DNA of 64,000 nucleotides from an uncultured Bacilli bacterium (lineage in GTDB: Bacteria > Bacillota_I > Bacilli_A > RF39 > UBA660), in contig CANQXW010000002.1 in assembly GCA_947627925.1 (NCBI GenBank), positions 9,575-73,574 on the forward strand, read 5' to 3'. Positions within the stretch are counted from its first letter, which is position 1. Every line of letters begins with the position of its first letter. Under the pieces are notes generated by a model that saw only the letters and a list, made by a program, of their open reading frames with translations, was not told the origin of the DNA and searched no databases. The translations under genes and the position numbers were made by a program. Shown here in pieces: positions 9,563 through 18,215 of this stretch.

Positions 9563-9870
9563 TAAAAGCAACATCTTTGATCATAGACATTTGATACAAC
9601 ATTTTCTTCACAAGTAGTGAAACATGGTGTATATGTATGTCTATAAATATGATGATTTATAACTCTTGTATTGCATGGCATAATATGAGGTACTTCATAG
9701 CAAATATATTTATGGCATACCCTTTCTTGAGGACATTCTTGAATTGGTGGACACATCATAGTTTGTGATGGAGCCATTCCCATATCACAGCAACCACCAG
9801 CCATATTATTCATACTCATTGTACCTTCATAGTTACTTTCTGTATTAAACTCAAATTTATTTTGTTCCAT
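9562..9870 (-). CDS. Cys/His-rich CotD-family spore coat protein-like
   Basis: The C-terminal half, CHKYICYEVPHIMPCNTRVINHHIYRHTYTPCF, resembles the CotD repeat pattern (HP.H....NHH.Y.H.Y.P). Confidence 0.6.
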   Translation of the reverse strand: MEQNKFEFNTESNYEGTMSMNNMAGGCCDMGMAPSQTMMCPPIQECPQERVCHKYICYEVPHIMPCNTRVINHHIYRHTYTPCFTTCEENVVSNVYDQRCCF

Positions 9871-9927
9871 AAAATATTTCCTTTCTAATGTATCTTATGA
9901 AACATCTATATTTTGGTTTGGGTTATT

Positions 9928-11364
9928 TTAATTAGCGGCTTTAAATTGTTTTAATGGTGTTGATTCATCGATTGATTTAAATACATATCCTTTGCCTTTT
10001 AAATATATAATTACATCTTCCAATGCTTCTTTAGTGCTTTTTTGAATGTCATGCATTAAAATAATATATGAACCATTGCCTTTAACATAAGTTTTTATAT
10101 TGTTTAAAACATAGCTAGCTGTAGCTTTTTTTCCATGCGAATCTCCTGAATCAACATTCCAGTCAAAATAGGTATAGCCTTTTTCAGTCATTAATTTTGA
10201 TAAAGTTGTCATAATACCTTGGCAATGACTACGGCTGACAGTATTAGAAGTTCCTCCGGGAAAACGGAAATATTTTGGATGGACTCCTGTCTGTTCATAT
10301 ACAATTTGCTCCATTTTGTTAAAATCATTCAAGTAAGCATCTACACTATCATAAATATTCCACTTGTGAGAATAAGTGTGAACACCGACTACATGGCCAC
10401 GATTAGCCTCTTCTTTGATTAAATCCAAATATTTTGTGCTTTGAAATTGATTTGTAACAAAGAAGGTTGCTTTTACATTATATTTATCTAAAATATCTAA
10501 AATTGTAGTTGTATAAGCGCCGGGACCATCATCAAATGTTAAATAAATTACCCCATCCGTAACTGTTCCGTTTACTAAACTATCTTGATCTGTTACTATT
10601 ACCTTTCTAGTAACTTTATCAGTAGCCCCAGCCGAATCTGTAACCGTATAAGTTACCTCATAATTACCTAGGGTATTAGCATCAACATTAGATTCAGTTT
10701 TTATATTTTTGGAAATATCGCCATCACAAGAATCAGTCGCGGTGGCTCCGGCTTCTTCATAAATAGTACCAACTTTTACATAAGTTGTGGTCGAACCATT
10801 TAATTTAATTATTGGCTTTTCATCATCAATATAAATTAATTTTTCTTTTAATTCAGCTTTATTATTTGAAGTATCAGTGGTAGTTAAAATAATAAAATCA
10901 TCTTCAATCTTATAAGATAATTTATCGGTTATATCGCCATCATAATTATCATTAACCGTGGCATCAATTGTAACATTTTTTTGCGATTTACAAGTTTTAA
11001 TTTCCGAATTCAAATTAATTGTGGGAGCCTCTTTATCTACAACAGTTATTACTCTTTCCTTTTGTTTTTTATGGCCATTATTTTCTACTTCATATACGAC
11101 TATGTATTTACCAAGTTTAGTGGTGTCAACATTTCCGGTAACTTCTACTTTCATTTCTTTTTTAGAAAATAAATTGCCTAAATAAGCTTTGGCACCTTCT
11201 TCTTTATAGTCGGAACCAACTTCAATAGTTTCTTTTTCTTGACCATTAAGATTTATGCTTAATGAAGTAACAAATAAATTTACCACTATTAAAATTCCTA
11301 AAACAAGCGATAAAATGATTCCTCCGAAAATAATTAGTTTCTTTTTTCTCCTTCGACTTCTCAT
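9928..11364 (-). CDS. membrane-anchored polysaccharide deacetylase (NodB domain) with Ig-like DUF5011-type repeats
   Basis: N-terminal TM helix. Two repeats (DGDITDKL..., CDGDISKNI...GNYEVTYTVTDSAGA). NodB motifs YLTFDDGPG and HTYSH. Confidence 0.8.
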   Translation of the reverse strand: MRSRRRKKKLIIFGGIILSLVLGILIVVNLFVTSLSINLNGQEKETIEVGSDYKEEGAKAYLGNLFSKKEMKVEVTGNVDTTKLGKYIVVYEVENNGHKKQKERVITVVDKEAPTINLNSEIKTCKSQKNVTIDATVNDNYDGDITDKLSYKIEDDFIILTTTDTSNNKAELKEKLIYIDDEKPIIKLNGSTTTYVKVGTIYEEAGATATDSCDGDISKNIKTESNVDANTLGNYEVTYTVTDSAGATDKVTRKVIVTDQDSLVNGTVTDGVIYLTFDDGPGAYTTTILDILDKYNVKATFFVTNQFQSTKYLDLIKEEANRGHVVGVHTYSHKWNIYDSVDAYLNDFNKMEQIVYEQTGVHPKYFRFPGGTSNTVSRSHCQGIMTTLSKLMTEKGYTYFDWNVDSGDSHGKKATASYVLNNIKTYVKGNGSYIILMHDIQKSTKEALEDVIIYLKGKGYVFKSIDESTPLKQFKAAN

Positions 11365-11392
11365 ACAACTTCACCACTATTTATATTTTAAC

Positions 11393-11413
11393 ATAAAAAA
11401 AGCCTTATGGCTT
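11393..11413 (-). terminator. intrinsic (bidirectional-looking) terminator after pgsA
   Basis: AAGCC-ttat-GGCTT is flanked by an A7 run on one side and an A/T run on the other. Confidence 0.55.
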
Positions 11414-11422
11414 AAAAAAATT

Positions 11423-12013
11423 TTATTTTTTAGAAAACAAATATCTAGTATTGTAATAATATTCGCAACCGCTAACGATAGATAGTAAAGTTGCTAACAT
11501 TACCAAGAAAATATCAACAGGAATATTTAAATACGTAAATGGGAAATTATTTAGCATAACTAAAGTAAGCCCTATCATCATACAAAATGTTTTTGCTTTG
11601 CCTAAAAAACTAGCTGCAACAACTTTTCCATTATTTCCACTGATCATTTTACATGAATCAACAATAATATCTCTCGTAATAATTATTACAGGAACTAAAA
11701 CAGGAATTAAATGATCATAAGCTAAAATAATTAATAATCCATTGACTAAAATTTTGTCAGCAATGGCATCAGCAACTTTACCAAAGTCAGTTACCATATT
11801 TTTGCTTCTCGCCAAATATCCATCAATAAAATCAGTAACAGAAGCAATAACAAATATAATGGTTGCAATTATATATTTCAAACTTAATACTTCGCCATTA
11901 ACAAGATACTTGGGAAAATCAATTCCCATATCATACCAAGGTATCATTAATAATACTAACATAATAATTGCTAAAAAAATTCTAAATATAGTAATCTTAT
12001 TCGGTAAATTCAT
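11423..12013 (-). CDS. pgsA: CDP-diacylglycerol--glycerol-3-phosphate 3-phosphatidyltransferase
   Basis: NLPNKITIFRI, plus the CDP-alcohol phosphotransferase motif DFIDGYLARS...G...D...DK. Confidence 0.85.
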   Translation of the reverse strand: MNLPNKITIFRIFLAIIMLVLLMIPWYDMGIDFPKYLVNGEVLSLKYIIATIIFVIASVTDFIDGYLARSKNMVTDFGKVADAIADKILVNGLLIILAYDHLIPVLVPVIIITRDIIVDSCKMISGNNGKVVAASFLGKAKTFCMMIGLTLVMLNNFPFTYLNIPVDIFLVMLATLLSIVSGCEYYYNTRYLFSKK

Positions 12014-12022
12014 TTTAAATCA

Positions 12023-12490
12023 CTACTTTCTATAACTCACAACATAAGCGTTGCTTTTCTCAACAGTTACTTGATTAACTGACCAAAAAATTGCTAATAT
12101 TACCAATATAAAAATTAAAACATAAATTGCTAAATATATACTTTTAGGGCTTTTCAAATGGCTTAAAGTATATGGTGAAGAAATTTTTTCACTATTATCT
12201 TTTGTGGTTAATTCAATCGTTTTTTCAATTTCTTTGACCGGAATTCGAGATGTATATTCAAATAAATATTCATTAAATTCATCCAACATTTTATCTGAAT
12301 CTAACCCTAAATATTTAGCATAATTGGCAATATACTCTTTTAAAGCAAAAATATCTTTAAACGAACCTATTTTACCATTTTCAATATTATTTAAAACTAT
12401 TTCGCTTATGTCTAAGTCCTTACTAACTTCACTAAGTTCTATTCCTGATTCTTCTCTTGTTTCTTTCAAGAGTTCAGCAATTTCTTCCAA
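12023..12490 (-). CDS. RodZ/YmfM-like HTH membrane protein
   Basis: An N-terminal XRE-type HTH and one C-terminal TM helix. It sits directly upstream of pgsA, as in Bacillus ymfM-pgsA. Confidence 0.6.
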   Translation of the reverse strand: MEEIAELLKETREESGIELSEVSKDLDISEIVLNNIENGKIGSFKDIFALKEYIANYAKYLGLDSDKMLDEFNEYLFEYTSRIPVKEIEKTIELTTKDNSEKISSPYTLSHLKSPKSIYLAIYVLIFILVILAIFWSVNQVTVEKSNAYVVSYRK

Positions 12491-12511
12491 AGTTTTTCAC
12501 TCCTTAAATAA

Positions 12512-12868
12512 AAAATAATATTAATAAGCCATGTTCTGTACTCATATGAGCGACAAATATTTATCTATACATAATTATGTATCTATTATTGCGTTCTTTT
12601 TTCCGCTACTAATAGTTCCCCTACCATAATTTGGGTTTCTCACTCGTGGGGTTTACCGCGTTTCATTTGTTTGTTACCAAACAACTGCGTTTCTGTGGCA
12701 CTTTATAATTACTCATATCTTTAAAAGATATTTTCATCGCCGTTAGTTTAAAACTACTTTAGGTTATTTATTCCCTAAACACGAACACTACAACCATCAC
12801 AGGATTGTGTGAGCATGGACTTTCCTCTACATTACTATTTAATGCAGCATTTGTCTAAATATTATTCA
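12512..12868 (-). ncRNA. rnpB: RNase P RNA (bacterial, Firmicute type)
   Basis: The minus strand carries GAGGAAAGTCCATGCTC (plus 12811-12827), ...GTGCCACAGAAACG..., ...GGTAAACCCCACGAG... and ...ACAGAACATGGCTTA. Putative P1 pairing is AATAATATT/AATATTATT. The ends are approximate, and the 5' end abuts or overlaps the gpsB stop codon. Confidence 0.85.
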
Positions 12869-13194
12869 TCTTTACCAAAGACAACTTTTTCTAATTGGCT
12901 AATCCTTTTTAATAAATCAACATTATTTGGCATTCTAGTTGTATTTTCATTTACTTTAGCAATTTCTAATTGTTCATTCAAAGATCTAATTTCTTGTTTT
13001 AATTTACTATTATCAGCCATTAAGTCTTTAATATCTTTTTCCAATTTCTTTATTATAGAATTGTATTCTGTATAATCACGTATTACCATATCAAGAAATT
13101 TATCCACTTCTTGAGGCCTGTATCCTCGAGCGTCTATTTTAAATTCTTTCTCTAAAATTTCTTGTGGTGTTAAATAAATACGATCATTATACAT
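12862..13194 (-). CDS. gpsB: cell-cycle protein GpsB (DivIVA domain)
   Basis: LTPQEILEKEFK...RGYRPQEVDKFLDMVIRDY is the GpsB/DivIVA signature. The preferred start is MYNDR, with RBS AAGGTGGA. gpsB-rnpB synteny is as in Bacillus. Confidence 0.85.
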   Translation of the reverse strand: MYNDRIYLTPQEILEKEFKIDARGYRPQEVDKFLDMVIRDYTEYNSIIKKLEKDIKDLMADNSKLKQEIRSLNEQLEIAKVNENTTRMPNNVDLLKRISQLEKVVFGKDE

Positions 13195-13511
13195 ATATCC
13201 ACCTTCTAACAATAGAAATTATATCGACTTTAGTTATCTTTGTCAAGGTCTTTAAGTTTCGTTCTTTCAAGACAAATGCTGGAATATTCAATCTTTTTTA
13301 GCATTTCATTAATTATATAATCAATTTTCATTATATCACCAAATATATTGTAACATTTTTAAAAAAGAAAAAAATAGATTCGACAAATGTTAGCAAAATA
13401 TTCCCTTGTCAGTTAAAGTTAGCAATTATTAAATATTTGTTTAATGACTTAATTCCCGTCATTATACATATCGGGCATTTCTAACTATAATCAATAATTA
13501 TTTAAATTTGG

Positions 13512-13540
13512 TTGATTTTTTTTGCTTGGTGTAATATAAT
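13512..13540 (+). promoter_or_regulatory. sigma-A-type promoter for tRNA-Arg/tRNA-Pro
   Basis: TTGATT, a 17-nt spacer, then TATAAT, about 20 nt upstream of tRNA-Arg. Confidence 0.55.
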
Positions 13541-13560
13541 GTTAATGCAAACGGGAAACC

Positions 13561-13637
13561 GCACCCATAGCTCAATTGGATAGAGCGCTAGACTACGGAT
13601 CTAGAGGTTAGGGGTTCGACTCCCTTTGGGTGCACCA
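13561..13637 (+). tRNA. tRNA-Arg(ACG)
   Basis: GCACCCATAGCTCAATTGGATAGAGCGCTAGACTACGGATCTAGAGGTTAGGGGTTCGACTCCCTTTGGGTGCACCA folds as a cloverleaf with anticodon loop CUACGGA. Confidence 0.9.
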
Positions 13638-13642
13638 CTTTT

Positions 13643-13719
13643 CGAGAAGTAGCACAGCTTGGTAGTGCGCGTGGTTTGGGACCATGAGGTCGCAGGTTCG
13701 AATCCTGTCTTCTCGACCA
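13643..13719 (+). tRNA. tRNA-Pro(UGG)
   Basis: CGAGAAGTAGCACAGCTTGGTAGTGCGCGTGGTTTGGGACCATGAGGTCGCAGGTTCGAATCCTGTCTTCTCGACCA has anticodon loop UUUGGGA. Confidence 0.9.
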
Positions 13720-13731
13720 AATTTTAAAAAA

Positions 13732-13756
13732 ACCACATAATTTGTGGTCTTTTTTA
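13732..13756 (+). terminator. intrinsic terminator after the tRNA pair (bidirectional context)
   Basis: ACCACA-taatt-TGTGGT followed by CTTTTTT, with an A7 run on the other side. It overlaps the stop of the convergent gene. Confidence 0.65.
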
Positions 13757-14512
13757 TGTAATTTTTTCAAATAGTTTCGAAATGCTTTCTAATTTTAAAG
13801 CAAATTTGACTTCCCTGGCGATTAATCGAGGTGTACCGATGTCTGTAAAGCCATCTTTAATATAGAAATGAATTAACACTTCATCATTTTCAATAAGTTC
13901 TAAAAATTTGTCAAAGCTTTTTAACTTATAAATATCCATTTTAACATATTTGAAATATTCAGCATTATTTTTGTAATAAGGATAAGCATAGACTATTGCT
14001 AAATTGGTTAATTTTCCTAATAACCTTTTTTCTAAAGTTTCAAAATCCCAATAGCAAACATCTTCCACAAATTCCCCATTTTTACACGCTTTCATTATAA
14101 CTTGCTTTTTATCACGATTAACTTCCAAATTAAATTTATATCCGCCACGATCTTTAGTATAATTTGCAAAAACATTATTATAATAAACTAATTCACTATT
14201 AGAAATTTCGGGATTAAGATAACCATACGTTTCAAATATATACCTTGTAGCATAATTACCATTTTTAAGAGGTGCACAACTAAATAAAGATAATGGTATT
14301 TTACTATAAGCATATTTACATTTTAATTCAATACTCCGGAAATCTGGCTTACTTTCTTGATCTTCTTTTTTATTTAATAAAGTTTCAAATGTATAACCAA
14401 TTCCCGTTGGACCCTTTCGCAAACTTTTGACTAACCCCATATTTTTTATTCTTTTAAATTCTTTTTTTAATAAAAGTACATCTTCTCGCAAAACAACTTC
14501 ACCCCCTCTCAT
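13754..14512 (-). CDS. MvaI/BcnI-family type II restriction endonuclease-like protein (no adjacent methyltransferase)
   Basis: The pattern IKNMGLVKSLRKGPTGIGYTFETLL......KPDF.SIELKC...S..PLSLFSCAP and the C-terminal GTPRLIA...KL...LF resemble my recollection of BcnI/MvaI. The start is ambiguous; a TTG after GGGGGTG is possible. Confidence 0.55.
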   Translation of the reverse strand: MRGGEVVLREDVLLLKKEFKRIKNMGLVKSLRKGPTGIGYTFETLLNKKEDQESKPDFRSIELKCKYAYSKIPLSLFSCAPLKNGNYATRYIFETYGYLNPEISNSELVYYNNVFANYTKDRGGYKFNLEVNRDKKQVIMKACKNGEFVEDVCYWDFETLEKRLLGKLTNLAIVYAYPYYKNNAEYFKYVKMDIYKLKSFDKFLELIENDEVLIHFYIKDGFTDIGTPRLIAREVKFALKLESISKLFEKIT

Positions 14513-14665
14513 GGGGACGTATTATAGCAAAAAGTGGTTGTAAAATTTGTCGAATTATGTAGTATCGTAAAAAAATGTAAAAAAAATTTTTAAAATAAGA
14601 TAAATTTATGATTTTATAAGTTATAATTAAACTAGAAGAAGCGATTTTTAAACGGGGAGATTTTA

Positions 14666-14692
14666 GAATAAAAAGAATAAAAAGAATAAAAA
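14666..14692. repeat. three perfect tandem 9-mers (GAATAAAAA)x3
   Basis: Read directly from the sequence. It is A-rich low-complexity DNA in an intergenic region. Confidence 0.8.
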
Positions 14693-14734
14693 GTTTAAAT
14701 AAAAGCTTCTTTTTTGTTTAAAAAAATTAACATT

Positions 14735-14767
14735 AACAAAAGAAAACCTCGTAGTAAATACGAGGTT
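14735..14767 (-). terminator. intrinsic terminator of the five-tRNA operon
   Basis: On the minus strand, AACCTCG-tatttacta-CGAGGTT is followed by TTCTTTTGTT, immediately after tRNA-Lys. Confidence 0.65.
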
Positions 14768-14778
14768 TAATTATACAC

Positions 14779-14854
14779 TGGTGTCTCGTTGGAGATTTGA
14801 ACTCCAGACCCTTCGATTAAAAGTCGAATGCTCTACCGACTGAGCTAACGAGAC
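14779..14854 (-). tRNA. tRNA-Lys(UUU)
   Basis: GTCTCGTTAGCTCAGTCGGTAGAGCATTCGACTTTTAATCGAAGGGTCTGGAGTTCAAATCTCCAACGAGACACCA. Confidence 0.9.
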
Positions 14855-14861
14855 GAAATAA

Positions 14862-14937
14862 TGGCTGCCCCGGCTGGGTTCGAACCAACGGAATGTCAGA
14901 GTCAAAGTCTGATGCCTTACCACTTGGCTACGGGGCA
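14862..14937 (-). tRNA. tRNA-Gln(UUG)
   Basis: TGCCCCGTAGCCAAGTGGTAAGGCATCAGACTTTGACTCTGACATTCCGTTGGTTCGAACCCAGCCGGGGCAGCCA has a U1-A72 pair and anticodon loop CUUUGAC. Confidence 0.9.
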
Positions 14938-14955
14938 ATTAAATTAATTAAGAAA

Positions 14956-15039
14956 TGGTGGAGGGATATGGATTTGAACCATAGAACCCGAAGGAACAGA
15001 TTTACAGTCTGCCGCGTTTGACCACTTCGCTACCCCTCC
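14956..15039 (-). tRNA. tRNA-Tyr(GUA), long variable arm
   Basis: GGAGGGGTAGCGAAGTGGTCAAACGCGGCAGACTGTAAATCTGTTCCTTCGGGTTCTATGGTTCAAATCCATATCCCTCCACCA. Confidence 0.9.
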
Positions 15040-15046
15040 AAAAAAA

Positions 15047-15122
15047 TGGTGCCGACTGAGGGACTCGAACCCCCAGCCTACTGATTACAAGTCAGTTGCG
15101 CTACCAATTACGCTAAGTCGGC
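15047..15122 (-). tRNA. tRNA-Thr(UGU)
   Basis: GCCGACTTAGCGTAATTGGTAGCGCAACTGACTTGTAATCAGTAGGCTGGGGGTTCGAGTCCCTCAGTCGGCACCA. Confidence 0.9.
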
Positions 15123-15158
15123 ATACTAATACGTCGGCACAAAATGCCAAAAAATAAA

Positions 15159-15235
15159 TGGTGGGCGATATAGGACTCGAACCTATGACCCTCTGCTTGT
15201 AAGGCAGATGCTCTAACCAACTGAGCCAATCGCCC
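15159..15235 (-). tRNA. tRNA-Val(UAC)
   Basis: GGGCGATTGGCTCAGTTGGTTAGAGCATCTGCCTTACAAGCAGAGGGTCATAGGTTCGAGTCCTATATCGCCCACCA. Confidence 0.9.
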
Positions 15236-15276
15236 AAATATTCAATAATAAAATATCGCTTTTCAGGACAATTAAG

Positions 15277-15305
15277 ATTATACTATACAAATTTTAATTA
15301 TGCAA
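15277..15305 (-). promoter_or_regulatory. sigma-A-type promoter of the five-tRNA operon
   Basis: On the minus strand, TTGCAT, a 17-nt spacer, then TATAAT, about 40 nt upstream of tRNA-Val. Confidence 0.55.
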
Positions 15306-15334
15306 CAAATTTTTCTCATTTTTGTCGTTATTTT

Positions 15335-15760
15335 TCAAAAAAGTAGTCCTTTTTGAATTGCATATGGTAGAAAGTGGTCACGGATAGATGATGATAAATT
15401 ATATTCTGTTTCGCCTAAAGAATACCAATGATAATCTAATATTTCATCATTAGGAATTAAACTCACATGAATTTTTTTAGTAGCTAAAAACATATTCATT
15501 TCAATAATAACATCGCTATCACTCGCGGCAGCCTCTTTAAAGCACATTATAGGAAGCAAATCTTCTTCACAAAACTCAAAGCCTTGACCTACTTCTTCAT
15601 TTACCTCTCTTAAAGCAGCAGTAATTTCAGTTTCTCCAGTTTCTACCCCTCCACCAACGAGGGTCCAAGAATGAGTTGTATTGCTTCTTTGAGACTTAAC
15701 GATTAACAGTTTGCCATTTTCAATAAAAGCTACACCAACTACTCTTTTTAATTTCTCCAT
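15335..15760 (-). CDS. NUDIX hydrolase
   Basis: Nudix box GGGVETGETEITAALREVNEEVG. Confidence 0.85.
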   Translation of the reverse strand: MEKLKRVVGVAFIENGKLLIVKSQRSNTTHSWTLVGGGVETGETEITAALREVNEEVGQGFEFCEEDLLPIMCFKEAAASDSDVIIEMNMFLATKKIHVSLIPNDEILDYHWYSLGETEYNLSSSIRDHFLPYAIQKGLLF

Positions 15761-15887
15761 AAACTTCTCCTACTACTTTAGATTTATTATACTATAAATT
15801 TCTATAAAAACATCATTTTCATTTTTCAAAAAAGTAAAATTGTGTTAATATAAATTTAGAAACTTTTCCAAAAAGAAAGGTTTTATT

Positions 15888-17333
15888 ATGCAAAAAATTA
15901 CCAATATAAATAAATTAGATAAATTTCAAGAAAGTGTTGTAAAAAGCAATTGCAATTTGCTGATCATCGCAGGCGCAGGGGCCGGCAAGTCTTTTACATT
16001 GTTAAATAAAATTGAATATTTAATAACCACTCAAAATGTTTTGCCCGAAGAAATATTAGTTATATCCTTTACTAATGCTTCAGTTAACGATATAACGTTA
16101 AAATTAAATTCTAAAGTAAATGCATTTACTTTTCACAAATTGGCTATGCAAATTTTGGATGCAGCCTCCGTAAATTATCAAATTGTCAATGACTCCCTTT
16201 TAAATTTCATCATAAATGAATCTATTTACACATGTACCACTGAAGAGCAAAAAAATATTTTAAAATTTTTAAAATATTCTCAAAAATTTCCTACCTTTAT
16301 TAAATCGCCAGAATGTAATGCCTTCAAAAAATTTATCGCCACATTTATAAATTTATGGAAAACTAACGATTACAAATTTGAAAATATACCTTTAAAAAAA
16401 TTAAAGCGCAATGAAAAAAATATTTTACTTTTTATTTTTAAAATATACTCTATTTATATTGAAGAAAAAAATAGCCAAAACAAATTAGACTTTGATGATT
16501 TAATAAAGCTTGCTTCTCTTAAAGTTAAAGACGCCTCTTTAAAATATAAATATTTAATTATAGATGAATTTCAGGATACATCGTTAATTAGATTAAATTT
16601 ATTAAGACAAATATATAATTATACCCAATCACAGATAATCGTTGTTGGTGATGATTATCAATCAATTTATCGCTTTAGTGGTTGTGACTTAAATATATTT
16701 TTAAATTTTACAAATTATTTTCCCAAAGTAAAAACTATCACACTTCAAAATGTTTATCGAAATAGTCAAGAACTTATAGATATAGCGGCAACTTTTATTG
16801 CTAAAAATCCCCGTCAGATTTCTAAAAATCTTAAATCGCAAAAGCACACATCAAATCCTATTATATTCGCTCCATATAATAATAAATTACATTGTTTTAA
16901 AAATGTTTTAAATGAAACTTTAAATACAACAAAAGATATTATGGTTTTAAGCCGGAACAACCGGGATATTTATGATTATATTGATGATGATTTCAAATAC
17001 CAAGATAATATTTTAATTTATCAAGATACCAAAATTAAATTTTATACCGTTCACAAATCCAAAGGTCTAGAAACAGAAGCCGTGATTATTTTAAATTGCA
17101 ACAACAATATACTAGGATTTCCCAATCAAATAGAAAATAATAAATTAATAAATAAAATTTTTCCTTTTTCAGAAATCACGTTCGCTGAAGAAAGGCGACT
17201 GTTTTATGTGGCTCTAACCCGTACCAAAAATCAAGTATACCTTCTCTATGACAAGCATAATCCATCTTGCTTTATTAAAGAATTAAAAAAAATAGTTAGA
17301 TCTAAACTAAACTCCCTTGTTTACTTTAAATAA
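15888..17333 (+). CDS. UvrD/Rep-family (helicase IV-like) ATP-dependent DNA helicase, compact form
   Basis: Walker A AGAGAGKS, Walker B LIIDEFQDTS, then VGDDYQSIYRFSG, YRNSQ, VHKSKGLE and ERRLFYVALTR. Confidence 0.8.
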   Translation: MQKITNINKLDKFQESVVKSNCNLLIIAGAGAGKSFTLLNKIEYLITTQNVLPEEILVISFTNASVNDITLKLNSKVNAFTFHKLAMQILDAASVNYQIVNDSLLNFIINESIYTCTTEEQKNILKFLKYSQKFPTFIKSPECNAFKKFIATFINLWKTNDYKFENIPLKKLKRNEKNILLFIFKIYSIYIEEKNSQNKLDFDDLIKLASLKVKDASLKYKYLIIDEFQDTSLIRLNLLRQIYNYTQSQIIVVGDDYQSIYRFSGCDLNIFLNFTNYFPKVKTITLQNVYRNSQELIDIAATFIAKNPRQISKNLKSQKHTSNPIIFAPYNNKLHCFKNVLNETLNTTKDIMVLSRNNRDIYDYIDDDFKYQDNILIYQDTKIKFYTVHKSKGLETEAVIILNCNNNILGFPNQIENNKLINKIFPFSEITFAEERRLFYVALTRTKNQVYLLYDKHNPSCFIKELKKIVRSKLNSLVYFK

Positions 17334-18215
17334 CTATTTTTTACTTATCCATAAACTACCATCTTTAACAATAATTTCTATTTTATCTTCTTTAACTAAT
17401 TTAGTTAAAAATGACTTTATTGTTGTTCCTATTATATGATATTGTTCAACACTTGATTTTATATGATTTTTTAAAAATAACTCATTCAATAATTCATTAT
17501 AAAAATGCTTATGGTCTAATATATTTAAGATATCATTTTCAATAGCCAAAGTTGTTTGCCGATTAACATCCACTGTCTTTCTTATATCTTTTTCAATTTC
17601 GCCATGGCTAGGCACATAATAATCATAATTCGTCGTTTCGAGATAATCTAGGGTTTTTAAAAATTCTTCAACATCATAAGTATATTGAATTGCATATTTA
17701 TTTAATATTCTTTCACTAGTATAAGCATCGCCAACAAAAAGTACATTATCACTAGTAGCTACTCCAATAAGGCCAAAAGAATGTCCTTTTAAATCAACTA
17801 TCTTTAAACCTTCAATATCCATATTTTTAATATCTTCGCAACTGCTTGGTCTGGCCATTAAAAAAGATGTACACAAACTATCAAGTGGTTTTGCTCCATA
17901 CATTAAAGCTGGTTCCAATAGAGGATTGTTAATAAAATAACTTTCCGTTTTTTCAGCATAAATTAAAGCATGATATTTCTCTTGCAAATAACTATTTCCC
18001 CCAATATGATCAGCATGACTATGCGTATTAATGATATATTTTAATGTCCAGTTATTTTCTTCTAATACCTTCGCAATATTTTTGCCATAATCTTTGGAAC
18101 TTCCTGTATCAATTAAACATACTTCATTATCGTTTATTAAATATATTCCCACATTTACAAGATTTTCGATAACATATGTCTTTTCGCCTAATTTTTTCAT
18201 CGCCATATTATTCAT
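17334..18215 (-). CDS. MBL-fold metallo-hydrolase
   Basis: The INTHSHADHIGGN motif, followed by downstream H and D residues. Confidence 0.8.
   Translation of the reverse strand: MNNMAMKKLGEKTYVIENLVNVGIYLINDNEVCLIDTGSSKDYGKNIAKVLEENNWTLKYIINTHSHADHIGGNSYLQEKYHALIYAEKTESYFINNPLLEPALMYGAKPLDSLCTSFLMARPSSCEDIKNMDIEGLKIVDLKGHSFGLIGVATSDNVLFVGDAYTSERILNKYAIQYTYDVEEFLKTLDYLETTNYDYYVPSHGEIEKDIRKTVDVNRQTTLAIENDILNILDHKHFYNELLNELFLKNHIKSSVEQYHIIGTTIKSFLTKLVKEDKIEIIVKDGSLWISKK

Noticed and set aside
12809-13075. 88-aa plus-strand ORF
   Set aside because: It overlaps RNase P RNA and runs antisense to gpsB. Its composition is low-complexity (Ser/Leu/Phe), typical of shadow frames.
13230-13331. 33-aa minus-strand ORF MKIDYIINEMLKKIEYSSICLERTKLKDLDKDN with RBS GGTGAT, upstream of gpsB
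   Set aside because: It might be a real micro-protein, but it has no recognisable motif and I cannot assess conservation. The evidence is too weak to call.
13588-13770. 60-aa tracked ORF on the minus strand
   Set aside because: It lies antisense across tRNA-Arg and tRNA-Pro and has no RBS. It is a translation artefact of GC-richer tRNA DNA.
14666-14692. Short tandem repeats, considered as a possible CRISPR or minisatellite
   Set aside because: It is only three 9-nt A-rich units with no spacers. This is low-complexity intergenic DNA, not a CRISPR array. No CRISPR-like repeat-spacer structure was seen anywhere in the window.
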